In this document: positions 1 to 9,805 of the stretch, one piece after another
How the letters are laid out: each line of letters begins with the position of its first letter
How positions within the stretch are numbered: the stretch's first letter is position 1
Source of the DNA: an uncultured bacterium
GTDB lineage: Bacteria; SAR324; NAC60-12
DNA length: 41,471 bases
Direction: 5' to 3'
NCBI GenBank assembly: GCA_964010765.1
Contig: CAXGMD010000020.1
Coordinates: forward strand, 1 to 41,471
The notes under the pieces: generated by a model
Seen by the model: only the letters and a program-made list of their open reading frames with translations
What the model was told of the DNA's origin: nothing
Database searches by the model: none
Made by a program: the position numbers and the translations under genes

Positions 1-1
1 C

Positions 2-580
2 TACCGTGACAGTTTACCAACACTTCTTTCTGATGATCCGAAGAAACTCAAAGTTTTGAAAAGCAGTGATGATGAAATTGATAGGATGCACAACGAGCTG
101 ATTGAATACTTAACGGAATTGGGAAGAAAACCGTTATCCTCTGAACAACAGGATGAGCAAATGCGGTTAGTTAAAATGGCAGATGAATTGGAGCACATTG
201 GTGATGTCCTTGAGACAAACATCAGCCGGTTGATTGAACAAAAACAGGAAAGCAAAGTTAATTTTGACGCTGAGTCTACGAAGCTTTTGTCAGAATATCA
301 TGCGATGACACTTGATGCCCTTGAGAAAACTGTTGTAGCTCTAGATTCTGAAAAGGGGCAGTCTGCAGAGACTGTCATTGGCATGAAGAAAAAATTGAAG
401 GCTTATGCGGAGAAAGCTCATTCTCAGGAAGCCAAAAGATTGGAAAAAATGGAGGGTGGAGGACTACTGGTTTACCGATTGGAGGTGGATATGATTGAGA
501 AAATGGAACAGGTTTTCAGACACTCTCGCAGGCTTGCTCGCCATATTCTAAAACTTGAGAAATCAGTTTTAGCCACATGA
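2..580 (+). CDS. Na/Pi cotransporter family protein, C-terminal PhoU-like domains (5' truncated by window)
   Basis: Frame is open from base 2 (YRDSLPTLLSDDP...). PhoU-like helical repeats DDEIDRMHNELIEYL...ELEHIGD and DMIEKMEQV are typical of NptA/YjbB C-termini. Confidence 0.75.
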   Translation, partial: YRDSLPTLLSDDPKKLKVLKSSDDEIDRMHNELIEYLTELGRKPLSSEQQDEQMRLVKMADELEHIGDVLETNISRLIEQKQESKVNFDAESTKLLSEYHAMTLDALEKTVVALDSEKGQSAETVIGMKKKLKAYAEKAHSQEAKRLEKMEGGGLLVYRLEVDMIEKMEQVFRHSRRLARHILKLEKSVLAT

Positions 581-591
581 TTTGAGTCATC

Positions 592-629
592 AAAAAACGA
601 TTGAACCGCTCATCCGTGGACGGTTCAAT
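592..629. terminator. Probable intrinsic terminator between convergent genes
   Basis: Perfect 9-bp inverted repeat ATTGAACCG (600-608) / CGGTTCAAT (621-629). The A6 at 592-597 gives a U-tract on the minus strand just after the amidase stop at 640. Confidence 0.65.
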
Positions 630-639
630 TCTAAATTTC

Positions 640-2535
640 TCATCGTTGGGCAATGAGGCCTTTGCTACCTCTGAAGTGAGACTCAAGACCATTTACCATT
701 GCATCAGCGATCTTTTGGCGATTTCTATAATCCAAAACCAATCTGCGATCGTGAGAGTTATTCAAATTTGCCACCTCCACAAGAATAGATGTCGGAATTT
801 TACTGTAACGTAAAATTGCAGGGAGCGACTTTTTACCTCGGCGTATGATGTAGCCACGAACGGTGTTGTTGCGATGAGTCAACCACTTCGCGTCTCGGAA
901 GCTATCGATCATTGTTTTCCCCAACTCTCTACTATATTTCTCAGAAAGTTGATTGTCACCTTTACTGAAAGTGACTCTCCTCGTGTATTCTTTGCGCTTT
1001 GTGTAAACGGACTTAACAACACCAAAAGCACGACTTCGTACACGTCGATCTGGGTAATAAATCATAGCGCCACGCAAGGAGTCGTGAAGGGCATCCCCAT
1101 GCACACTGATCAGGACAATCTGATCAGAGGGCACACCCTGTTTACGTAGTTTCAGGTAAATATGATTCACTAAAAATACCCTCATGTTGACTCCTACTCT
1201 CGCACTACCAAGATCGTAGCGTGGATTTACTAGGAGTTCTTCATCACGATCAACTTTTTCGCTTAGGTACTTGACAGGCCCACTTTGGCTTTTGTCCCTA
1301 ACGGTTTCATGAACAACGAATCCTGACTGCTTTAGTTCTGGCAACATTCGCTGAACGATGTCGTAAACAACATCATCCTCATAAACTCTATCTCCGTTTT
1401 TTGGATCCCCTTTTACTGCACCTGGATCAATTCCACCATGTCCTGAATCAAGAATGATGTGGATCTGATCTTTTGTGCGGACAACATTTCTTGCTGATTT
1501 ACTGCTAGATTTTTTTTTCTCAGCTTTGGTTTTTTTGATTTCTTTCTTTTTTGCTTCATTCGCAGAATTTTTTGCAATTTGGGGCACTACTTTTTTAAGG
1601 TGGATATCCGGTGCTGGTGGCGGTACTGGTGGTGGTTTGATTTTTAGTTCCTCTTCATCATCATTAAGATCAACCTCATCATCACTCTCAGCAACCGTAA
1701 CGGTGCCTCCCCCACTAGATAAGTCCAGATACTCATCACTTACCCACTCGAGTGGAAAGCGAACCAGTTGACCTGTCTGAATCAATCTTGCGTTGGTGAT
1801 ATCGTTTAATTCAAGAAGTTCTTTGGCCATTCGATCTACTTCCTCGTGCAAAAGTCGGCCGGTAAATCTTGCTACTACCGAAGAATATATCGTATCTCCG
1901 GACGACATCTTATATGCAGCAAAGCGCCTTCCCTTGGAATCAGCTTTGACCAACAATGGCTCTTTGACTTTTAGGGGCTGTAATTCCAAGCCTTCCCTCA
2001 ACCAATTCCAAGGAATTTCAACTACATCCCCAATTTTGAGAGAACGACCTTGGTTTCTTAGTTTATTATGTCGAATAAGGTGTCTGGCTCCAATCTCTCG
2101 CTTGGCAAACACACCAGAGATCAAACTAACGGTCTCCCACTTGTAGGTGACTCTATGCCGCCATCCCCCAGCCCCACTTGCATCTTCTGGAAACATTGCT
2201 TTCAAGGCAGCTCCCTGGAGTGCATCATTTAGAGACCAAAACGGGATCGGAACAAAGCGATGTTGATAAAGTTGCTTGTTCCCATTATATTTTTTGATTT
2301 TTTTGTGATTATTACGCCAATCATCAAGAACCCTTTTGCCCATCTTGTAGGTTCCTTCGCCTGATCTGGGCTTGATCAAAACTTCAAAGCTGTTCTTGGC
2401 TCTTTTGACACGCATGATGTCTTCATCATTAAAAATAAATTCTTGATAATCCTTTGTTTTTTTTGCCTCTACTGTAATCGGCAAGAGTAGTAAGAAACAG
2501 AATGTAAGATGAAAAAGCAAAGCTTTTGGATTCAT
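640..2535 (-). CDS. N-acetylmuramoyl-L-alanine amidase (Amidase_3) with N-terminal LysM-like repeats
   Basis: Signal peptide; Zn/catalytic motifs ILDSGHGGIDPGA, YEDD, ISVHGD, ILVEVANLNN; LysM-like segments (GDTIYS...LIQTGQLVRFP; WETVSLIS...LKIGDVVEIP). Confidence 0.85.
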   Translation of the reverse strand: MNPKALLFHLTFCFLLLLPITVEAKKTKDYQEFIFNDEDIMRVKRAKNSFEVLIKPRSGEGTYKMGKRVLDDWRNNHKKIKKYNGNKQLYQHRFVPIPFWSLNDALQGAALKAMFPEDASGAGGWRHRVTYKWETVSLISGVFAKREIGARHLIRHNKLRNQGRSLKIGDVVEIPWNWLREGLELQPLKVKEPLLVKADSKGRRFAAYKMSSGDTIYSSVVARFTGRLLHEEVDRMAKELLELNDITNARLIQTGQLVRFPLEWVSDEYLDLSSGGGTVTVAESDDEVDLNDDEEELKIKPPPVPPPAPDIHLKKVVPQIAKNSANEAKKKEIKKTKAEKKKSSSKSARNVVRTKDQIHIILDSGHGGIDPGAVKGDPKNGDRVYEDDVVYDIVQRMLPELKQSGFVVHETVRDKSQSGPVKYLSEKVDRDEELLVNPRYDLGSARVGVNMRVFLVNHIYLKLRKQGVPSDQIVLISVHGDALHDSLRGAMIYYPDRRVRSRAFGVVKSVYTKRKEYTRRVTFSKGDNQLSEKYSRELGKTMIDSFRDAKWLTHRNNTVRGYIIRRGKKSLPAILRYSKIPTSILVEVANLNNSHDRRLVLDYRNRQKIADAMVNGLESHFRGSKGLIAQR

Positions 2536-2621
2536 GAAAACAGGCTTCGTTCAAGTTCGCAAAGTGGGGAGCACATCATGCGCGGTAGGCCATCCAGGCG
2601 GAATCTAAATAAGTAACTTTT

Positions 2622-2637
2622 GACAAGAACTGTGCCA
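2622..2637 (-). promoter_or_regulatory. Candidate sigma54 (-24/-12) promoter for the amidase gene
   Basis: Minus strand reads TGGCACAGTTCTTGTC versus consensus TGGCAC-N5-TTGC; one mismatch at -12; lies ~87 nt upstream of the ATG at 2535. Confidence 0.35.
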
Positions 2638-2656
2638 ACAAATTAGGGAGAAATTT

Positions 2657-3118
2657 ATGGGCGTGCAGGGCCGTGTTCTCGCACAAAATAGACGTGCGCG
2701 GTTTGAGTATGAAATCTTGAAAACTTACGAAGTGGGAATTGAGCTGAAAGGAACCGAAGTCAAAAGTATTCGCGAGGGAAAAATAAACCTGAGTGAGAGC
2801 TACTGCCGGGTCACGGAACTAATGGAAGGCTGGTTGATGCAGTGCCATATTTCCCCGTATGATTTTGGAAACCGACACAACCATGATCCAGTTCGTCCAA
2901 GAAGACTACTTCTTCACAAAGGTGAACTTCGTAGATTGTATGGTCAAATTCGTGAAGCTGGACTTACGATTGTTCCCCTAAAAGTGTATTTAAAGAAAGG
3001 TCTCATCAAATTGGAGATCGCCTTGGTGAAGGGGAAAAAGATTCATGACAAGCGAGAAACCCTTAAAAAGAAGGAAGTGAGTCGAGAAATGGAAAGAGCA
3101 CTCAAAGCAAGGGACTGA
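2657..3118 (+). CDS. smpB: SsrA-binding protein SmpB
   Basis: NRRARFEY, GIELKGTEVKSIR, RPRRLLLHK, KGKKIHDKRE motifs; RBS GGGAG upstream. Confidence 0.97.
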   Translation: MGVQGRVLAQNRRARFEYEILKTYEVGIELKGTEVKSIREGKINLSESYCRVTELMEGWLMQCHISPYDFGNRHNHDPVRPRRLLLHKGELRRLYGQIREAGLTIVPLKVYLKKGLIKLEIALVKGKKIHDKRETLKKKEVSREMERALKARD

Positions 3119-3120
3119 GA

Positions 3121-4275
3121 ATGGTACTTGAGTCACCTGAGAAAGATTGGTTAGCGCTAAGCCTAGTTACCGGGGTTGGCACCCAGACTCTTCAAAAACT
3201 TTCGGAGACTTTCGGTAGCCTCTCCAAAATTTGGCAAAAATCCTCCGATCAACTTCTGCAATTGGGCCTTAGAAAAGATGTCATTAAGCTATTGCCGAAA
3301 GCAATGGATGTTCGAAGTTTCCAGATGGAAAAAAGGTTAATCGAATCATCTCCCAATCTTCACTTACTTTGTCCAGAAAGTGAGGGCTTCCCAACTAATC
3401 TATTACAGATTCATAGTGTCCCTTCAGTACTTTATGTAAAAGGTGAGTTACCCAATGCACACAATTTATGTTTAGGAATCGTAGGATCAAGGTCCTGCAC
3501 GAGTTACGGAAGAGATCAGACCAAAAGACTGGTAAATGAACTTGCTGAGTTGGTTCCAGATGCATTTGTAATCAGTGGGTTGGCTCGAGGAATCGATACC
3601 GTAGCGCACGAGGCCGCCTTGGAAGCTGGGTTAAGAACAATTGCTGTTTTGGCTGGGGGGCTCCAGCACATCTACCCTCCTGAAAACGAGAATTTAGCTG
3701 ATAGAATTTGTCAACAGGGAGCACTTATCAGTGAATTCCCTCTGGCCACCAAACCAGTTTCACACAATTTTCCTATTAGGAATCGCGTCATTAGTGGTAT
3801 CTCACAGGGTGTATTGGTGACGGAGGCGAGTGTGAAAAGTGGAGCCTTGATCACCGCGAAGTTTGGTCAAGAACAAAACCGCGAGGTTTTTGCCGTACCT
3901 GGTAGGATCGATTCGCATCCCAGTAGCGGATGCAATCAACTGATTTCAAGGAACCAGGCAAAATTAATAACCTCTGCCACTGACATCCTTGAGGATTTAC
4001 TGCCTACTATCTCCAATAAAGCAGGGATTCAGCTCTCATTTCCAGAACCATCAAAACAAATTCAGCTGTCCAAAAGTGACTTGAGTGATCAACAGATCAT
4101 GATTCTCAATTCCCTGAATGAGGGTGCAAAAGATCTGGACAACTTAAGTCTCATTACAGAGGAGGGACCACAGCAACTTTTGCCTTTGTTACTGGAAATG
4201 GAATTGCAGGAGTGGATTCGAGTTTTGCCAGGTGGTCATTATGAAATAAACCCATCGATTGAGATTGTTCCATGA
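3121..4275 (+). CDS. dprA: DNA-processing protein DprA
   Basis: IVGSRSCTSYG, ISGLARGIDTVAH, FPIRNRVISG, SGALITA, REVFAVPG motifs; C-terminal winged-helix-like tail. Confidence 0.95.
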   Translation: MVLESPEKDWLALSLVTGVGTQTLQKLSETFGSLSKIWQKSSDQLLQLGLRKDVIKLLPKAMDVRSFQMEKRLIESSPNLHLLCPESEGFPTNLLQIHSVPSVLYVKGELPNAHNLCLGIVGSRSCTSYGRDQTKRLVNELAELVPDAFVISGLARGIDTVAHEAALEAGLRTIAVLAGGLQHIYPPENENLADRICQQGALISEFPLATKPVSHNFPIRNRVISGISQGVLVTEASVKSGALITAKFGQEQNREVFAVPGRIDSHPSSGCNQLISRNQAKLITSATDILEDLLPTISNKAGIQLSFPEPSKQIQLSKSDLSDQQIMILNSLNEGAKDLDNLSLITEEGPQQLLPLLLEMELQEWIRVLPGGHYEINPSIEIVP

Positions 4276-5021
4276 AGAGATCATTTTTTTTGTTGGTGCT
4301 GATTCTTATCTCATTTTTTTTCGTAAAGCCGATTTCTGCGAAGACTTTCGGGGCCGAAGAAATCTCTATGATTCTAATTACCCATTCAGAGAATCAACTG
4401 CGTTTCCGCAGGGATTTCTCAGAAAAAGAACTAGAACTGAGTGGAGATTTTGAACAATTACGACCGCAAGGAAGAGATTGGGCCTTTGAACTAAAAAGCC
4501 AAGGTAACTATGTATCTTGTTTAATGAGTGAAAACGAGGCAATGAAATTTGTCGATACCGGGCGTGGAACAAATATTTTTCTTACCGGAAGGATCCAAAC
4601 GGTGCGTAAAAACGATGTGGATAACAACAAACCGATTCTAGAATTAGATCAATGTCGGATTAGGTTATTGTCAGAAAATCAGATTGCCTCCATCCTGATG
4701 GAAGGACGCTGGAAAGGCTGCAACGTACGGATTGGCAAGAAGAAGTATAATGGCAAATCTTGTAGCCTATATGTGACCATTCGGAGGCAAAACGATGGGT
4801 ACATGATCAGCGATCTGAAGAGAAGTGATGGACGGCCAATTGAGGTTGTAGCAGCTGATTTTCTGGGAGGAACACTTCCAGAATGGTCAACAAAGACATT
4901 ACAGACTGGAGTGATTACTTCCTATAACTGTCAATTTGAAGAAACGAACCAGAACAGTTTCATATGTGAGTGGGAAGAGCCAAAAAGAGAAGGAACCATT
5001 AATTTCCAAAGACTCAGATGA
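4272..5021 (+). CDS. Exported hypothetical protein, probable N-terminal OB-fold (tRNA_anti-like)
   Basis: Signal peptide (MKRSFF...PISA); ATGA overlap with dprA; pattern EN...F..K.LELSG...VSC...G..I.LTG...LELDQC resembles tRNA_anti-like OB-fold proteins. Confidence 0.55.
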   Translation: MKRSFFLLVLILISFFFVKPISAKTFGAEEISMILITHSENQLRFRRDFSEKELELSGDFEQLRPQGRDWAFELKSQGNYVSCLMSENEAMKFVDTGRGTNIFLTGRIQTVRKNDVDNNKPILELDQCRIRLLSENQIASILMEGRWKGCNVRIGKKKYNGKSCSLYVTIRRQNDGYMISDLKRSDGRPIEVVAADFLGGTLPEWSTKTLQTGVITSYNCQFEETNQNSFICEWEEPKREGTINFQRLR

Positions 5022-5042
5022 TGCGATAGTCAGGTACGGCGA

Positions 5043-5945
5043 TCATTTCGACAACAAATCCTCCAAGGCTGGTTTCAGCTTGGGGTGCTCAAAAGGGAAG
5101 TTTATCTCCATCAATCTTTTTGGTTGAACAGCAAGATCGCTGAGCACCGTAGAATCAGCCATCTCACCAAAAACTGTCTCCATCATAAACTTCGGGACTT
5201 TAAGAATTGCAGGCCTTTTTAAAACTTTTGCCAAGACTTTGCTGAATTTCAGATTTGAAACCACTTCAGGAGCCACTGCATTATAGTTTCCCTGCCAACT
5301 TTCAGAATGAATAGATTGCCAGATCATTTCGACAACATCAGATAGGGTTATCCAACTCATTCTCTGTTCTCCGTCCCCGATTGCTCCCCCCAAGCCCAAT
5401 CGAAAAACTGGCAGCATTTTGTGTAATGCCCCGCCTTCCTTAGCCAAAACGACTCCCAACCGTAAACGCACAACTCGGATTCCGTGCTCTTGGAGTACTT
5501 CACTAGCCTGTTCCCAATCTTCCACAACATCTGCTAAGAATCCTGAGCCAGGTGGACTTTCTTCAGTGACCCAGTCAGCTCTTTTTTGACCGTAGAACCC
5601 GATTGCAGATGCAAACACCACTACTTTTGGTGGGGATGGACTGGAGAGGATTTTTTCAACTAGGAACTCAGTGCCTTGTACACGACTTTCATATATCAAC
5701 TGTTTTTTGAAGCTGGACCAATGGCCATCTACCGTTTCACCCGCCAAATGAACCAGTGCATTGCAATCATCTATTCCACCATCTAAGACCTTCTCTGAAT
5801 AATTCCAGAAACGCTCACCTTCTTCGGAAGTTGGCTGACGAACTAGTTTTAGGAATGGTTGGTTTTCTGATCGAAACTTTTTTATCAGTGCCTTACCGAT
5901 CAGTCCAGATGCTCCGGTAATTGCTATTAATTTAGGATCTGACAT
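5043..5945 (-). CDS. TIGR01777/YfcH family NAD-dependent epimerase-like oxidoreductase
   Basis: ITGASGLIG, VHLAGE, SRVQGT, ASAIGFYG, RLGVVLAKEGGAL, GDGEQRMSWI, LKRPA motifs. Confidence 0.92.
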   Translation of the reverse strand: MSDPKLIAITGASGLIGKALIKKFRSENQPFLKLVRQPTSEEGERFWNYSEKVLDGGIDDCNALVHLAGETVDGHWSSFKKQLIYESRVQGTEFLVEKILSSPSPPKVVVFASAIGFYGQKRADWVTEESPPGSGFLADVVEDWEQASEVLQEHGIRVVRLRLGVVLAKEGGALHKMLPVFRLGLGGAIGDGEQRMSWITLSDVVEMIWQSIHSESWQGNYNAVAPEVVSNLKFSKVLAKVLKRPAILKVPKFMMETVFGEMADSTVLSDLAVQPKRLMEINFPFEHPKLKPALEDLLSK

Positions 5946-5984
5946 TGGGATCTATTCTTAAAGATTCAAAGTATTTTAGGACAT

Positions 5985-8066
5985 TCACAACTGCCTAGTA
6001 GTGCCAATTAAGATACTAAAGGGGCCGAGTTCGACAAATTTTTCATTGGACAAGTCATTGGGCACTCCCATGTAATGATTGGAATTCCATTGCCAAAAGA
6101 TAGATCTTTCTTCCTTGATTGCAAAAGACAATGGCGCATCATAACTATTGCAGAGGAACCACCAACTCATGCCTTCTTCAAAATTTTCTATTTTCCAAAC
6201 AAAACTTCGAATATGAGGTGACCAGTCTGCCTCAAATCCTTCCGAATTAAACCAACTGATCTTTGAAGAGGAAGAAATCCAACATGATTTGCACAATCTT
6301 GCTCTCAAAGCGAGCAGCTTTCGAACAAATTCAACCCTTTCAGACTTGGTCTCACTCTCCTGCCAATTAAGCCAGTTTAGTTCATTGTCTTGGCAATAGG
6401 CATTATTGTTTCCATATTGTGTTCGACCCCATTCATCACCGGCCACAAACATCATTGGACCACGACTAATGGCCAGAATGGTCCAAGCCATCCTCCATTT
6501 CTGTTCACGTAAGCCTAGTATTTCCTGATTCTCAGTTGGCCCCTCTACTCCTAAATTATTTGAAAAATTTGCTGAATGGCCATCTCGATTGTTCTCACCG
6601 TTTGCATGATTGTGCTTTTCTGAATAGCTGAACAAATCCCAGAGGGTAAAACCATCATGAGAAGTGATGAAATTCAGACTCGGCCAATAATCAGTTGATG
6701 GTTCACCGAAAATAGAGGGGCTTCCCTCAATCGCATCTTTTAGAGCAAGGCCTTGCCCTACTTCTCCGGAGATCACCTTGCGGGTGGTATCCCTAAATCG
6801 ATCATTCCATTCTGTCCATCCTGCCTTCTTCGCAGACCTTCCCAGATCGTATCCATGAGCGTCCCATGGTTCTGAGATCAGCCGCACATTCTTCAGTCTT
6901 GGCTCCTGCCGTAATTCCCAAAGAAGATTCGGAAAATCCTGAAAATCGCCTCTCTCCGGATGCCTATTCAAAATACTGGTCAGATCAAATCGAAAACCGT
7001 CAACTCCCATCCCTTCATGCCAGTAAAGTAAACTTCCCAAGATTAACTCCTTCACCAAGGGGTGTCCGCATCTAAGTGTGTTGCCACAGCCTGAAGCATT
7101 ATGAAGTTCACCTTGGGGGGTCTGGAGATACCATGTCTCTTTGTTCATCATTTTGAAGTGATATTTTGGTCCCTTGGCATCCTGTTCTGCAGAATGATTG
7201 TAGACAACATCCAACCAGACCTCGATTTTATGAAGATGGCATTCTTGAACAAATTCTTTGAATTCTTGGTGTCGGTATAAAGGATTTTCTGCGTAAGCTC
7301 CTTTAGGAGCAAACCATAAGATTGGTGAGTAACCCCAATAATTTTTGAGATTTTGTTGATTTTCTGGATTCCTTAATTGGTTTTCATTTTCATCGAAATC
7401 AAAAATAGGAAGCAACTCCACCACATCCACACCGAGTTGGCTTAAATATTTAATTTTTTGTTGAATCCCAGAAAAATTGCCGCGTTGCCTGACAGGAACC
7501 CCGGATGAGTGATGCTGAGTCATTCCACGAACATGACATTCATAGATAACTAACTCACCCAGCGACTTCTTAGAAAATCTTTCTGATTCAACTCGTACCT
7601 TTGCCATCTCTGTCAAGAGAGCTAACCTCTTCAACTTTATTGATGAAGTCTTGCTCAGAGAGTCTTCACTTTCAAAACATGCCTTTAAAAGTCCACATTT
7701 CTCATCAACTTGAAATGTAATGATTTGACCCCAGAGTTCCCCACCCAGGGAATTTCTCGCAAACGGATCAAGGATCCAATCGGTGATAGAATTACCATCT
7801 GAATCTGATCGAAAAACCTTTACCAAATATGCTGTCAAAACAGTTACTGGAGATTCAAATTTTCCCTGCCAAATTTCATGATCCGTTGAGGCTTTAATCA
7901 GATCGTATTTCCTTAGGAGTGGGAGATTTTCTGTGGTTTTATCATTGTGACTTTCAAAAAAATTGAGTGGTATCCCAAAGAACCAAAGTTCCACTTTGAG
8001 TGCATCGGGAATAGGGAGAGAAAAGTTAAAATAATTTTCATCTAAGTGAATACCAAATCTATTCAT
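5985..8066 (-). CDS. glgX: Glycogen debranching enzyme / isoamylase (GH13)
   Basis: IYECHVRG, VELLPI, NYWGY, DVVYNH, DGFRFDL (nucleophile), EPWD (acid/base), SHDGFTL, GNNNAYCQDN. Confidence 0.9.
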   Translation of the reverse strand: MNRFGIHLDENYFNFSLPIPDALKVELWFFGIPLNFFESHNDKTTENLPLLRKYDLIKASTDHEIWQGKFESPVTVLTAYLVKVFRSDSDGNSITDWILDPFARNSLGGELWGQIITFQVDEKCGLLKACFESEDSLSKTSSIKLKRLALLTEMAKVRVESERFSKKSLGELVIYECHVRGMTQHHSSGVPVRQRGNFSGIQQKIKYLSQLGVDVVELLPIFDFDENENQLRNPENQQNLKNYWGYSPILWFAPKGAYAENPLYRHQEFKEFVQECHLHKIEVWLDVVYNHSAEQDAKGPKYHFKMMNKETWYLQTPQGELHNASGCGNTLRCGHPLVKELILGSLLYWHEGMGVDGFRFDLTSILNRHPERGDFQDFPNLLWELRQEPRLKNVRLISEPWDAHGYDLGRSAKKAGWTEWNDRFRDTTRKVISGEVGQGLALKDAIEGSPSIFGEPSTDYWPSLNFITSHDGFTLWDLFSYSEKHNHANGENNRDGHSANFSNNLGVEGPTENQEILGLREQKWRMAWTILAISRGPMMFVAGDEWGRTQYGNNNAYCQDNELNWLNWQESETKSERVEFVRKLLALRARLCKSCWISSSSKISWFNSEGFEADWSPHIRSFVWKIENFEEGMSWWFLCNSYDAPLSFAIKEERSIFWQWNSNHYMGVPNDLSNEKFVELGPFSILIGTTRQL

Positions 8067-8269
8067 ATGCGGAACTGACCTTTGCCCATCATCTAATTCT
8101 TCTTTTTTTGTATATTTTAGTTATCAAGCCAAAAATATCAGGTTTGCCTAGTAACTTTCATAAGGTACATCCTGTGAATGTGTTGACCCACAGAAAGAAT
8201 CTTCGAGATAGCGGCATCCCTTGCCCAATCGCTGAAAAACAAACCGTACTGCAATCCCCTGAGTAAATA

Positions 8270-8653
8270 ATGCCCCGAAAAATTACGTTCTTCTTTACAA
8301 TCCTCTTCACGATAAGCTTTGGTGGATTTGCTTGGGCAGCAGGTGAAGGGAGAAGACAAATTCGACCTTTGGATTATCAGAGTTTACGCTCCTACACAGA
8401 ATCCCAGCAGGTTATCCCAAATTATGTTGCTGAACGATATCCTGATAATTTTGAAGACAAAGTACGTCGAGACGCTGCCCGTTATGTTCCACGAAAGCGC
8501 CGTTTCAAACCTGATCCACTGAATTACGGACAGCTCAGAATTTACCTAGACAGACAATACGAAAGCCCACCGGACAATCCTCTCACAAGAGATATTTATT
8601 CACGAAGAAAATCTGTGCGAACCATCATCCGCGAACCACGGGATATGCGATAA
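8270..8653 (+). CDS. Small exported basic hypothetical protein with internal repeat
   Basis: Signal peptide ending AWA; Arg/Tyr-rich; duplicated PL(D/N)YxxLRxY motif. Confidence 0.65.
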   Translation: MPRKITFFFTILFTISFGGFAWAAGEGRRQIRPLDYQSLRSYTESQQVIPNYVAERYPDNFEDKVRRDAARYVPRKRRFKPDPLNYGQLRIYLDRQYESPPDNPLTRDIYSRRKSVRTIIREPRDMR

Positions 8654-8775
8654 AAAGAAGATGATGGGATTCACAATTAATTTGTGCTATACAGAATGGT
8701 TTACTATTAAAATATTATCCATACCTTTTGGTTTTGGATCCTCCCTCATCTCTCTAGTAGTTTAGGCACTCCCGA

Positions 8776-9747
8776 ATGGCGAAGAAAAAAGTTCGCAAAG
8801 CTGGCATGGTTAAGCGCCAGCAGTCAAAGAAACATACGAAAGCACAACAACGTCGTAAGTTTGCCTCCCGAAGAATGATCAGTAATCCCCAGGCTGCAAC
8901 TCAAAAGCGTTTGGAAGAACTACTGAGCACACTCCCCTTCCTGGCATTCTCCGAACGGTTTGAAGATTTGAAATTTGATATTCAGGCAGTTAAAGAGGGA
9001 TTAGAAGCAGAAACCCCAGAACCTTTGCTACTCATGAGGCTGCTGACTGAAGAATTTCTAGAGGGATTCCGTGCTAGATTTGAGGAATTTGAGAGAGAGA
9101 CAACTCCACAGTCACCAGATAATCTTCTGGCGAAAGCTACGATCCATCAACTGGATCACAGTAATGAAATTCCTCATCTTTCAAATCCAATGATCGTGGC
9201 AGTCTATCTCAAAACACGTGCTGAAGCTCTTGGAGAGGAAGCACTTACAAGAGAGACGATTCATGATGCTCTTAATGATTATGAAGTGAGAAACAGCGAA
9301 TTGATTGAACTAATCTCCGAAAGCCCCAGTGAATTGATTTATGGGCCCGAAGCTAAAATACCCGGCTCCGCGGATTCAGGTATTGAGGAAGAAGCTACCA
9401 CTGATTCTGATTCGAAGGAAGTTGTTAGAGTTCCCCCAATCTCAGAAGAAGTCCTGGCAGATTTCCGGGAGAGTCTCGATTGGTCAGAAGAAGATCTCTC
9501 AAGGTTGGATGAAGATCTTGAAGTGTTTCTGGACGATTTCCAACCACCTGTGTATCAGGAATGGACACCTGATTTGATTGACGAATTCATTAATGAATGG
9601 TTTGTCAGGGAAGCAAATCCTTTGGAAGAAGACTTGGCAAGCATGCGTAAAAACATGCTCTATTTCCTGAGGTATTTGCGTGAAAAATCTCTGTTACCAT
9701 CATGCTTTGGAGATACACGACCAGCCAGCCTGGAAGGCGCTGCTTGA
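8776..9747 (+). CDS. Hypothetical protein (basic N-terminus, acidic body, possible integrase SAM-like C-terminal domain)
   Basis: 323-aa ORF heading a long co-oriented gene run; no confident family assignment. Confidence 0.7.
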   Translation: MAKKKVRKAGMVKRQQSKKHTKAQQRRKFASRRMISNPQAATQKRLEELLSTLPFLAFSERFEDLKFDIQAVKEGLEAETPEPLLLMRLLTEEFLEGFRARFEEFERETTPQSPDNLLAKATIHQLDHSNEIPHLSNPMIVAVYLKTRAEALGEEALTRETIHDALNDYEVRNSELIELISESPSELIYGPEAKIPGSADSGIEEEATTDSDSKEVVRVPPISEEVLADFRESLDWSEEDLSRLDEDLEVFLDDFQPPVYQEWTPDLIDEFINEWFVREANPLEEDLASMRKNMLYFLRYLREKSLLPSCFGDTRPASLEGAA

Positions 9748-9805
9748 ATCGAGCTTGTTTTCATGTGAATGGTCGGACATTTATCCAACCACCGCGGAGG
9801 TGACT

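Noticed and set aside
2536..2656. Possible tmRNA (ssrA) or tRNA beside smpB (GGGGAGCAC...)
   Set aside because: The spacer is only ~120 nt, too short for tmRNA, and no T-arm/acceptor-CCA cloverleaf could be built.
8100..8269. c-di-GMP-I riboswitch upstream of glgX (GGCAAACC on the minus strand) and small hairpins
   Set aside because: Lacks the following GNRA-capped stem and the GACGCAAAGC-type segment; the hairpins are only 4-5 bp.
8672..8686. Palindrome CACAA-N5-TTGTG upstream of the long operon
   Set aside because: Only 5-bp arms and a single copy; cannot be distinguished from chance.
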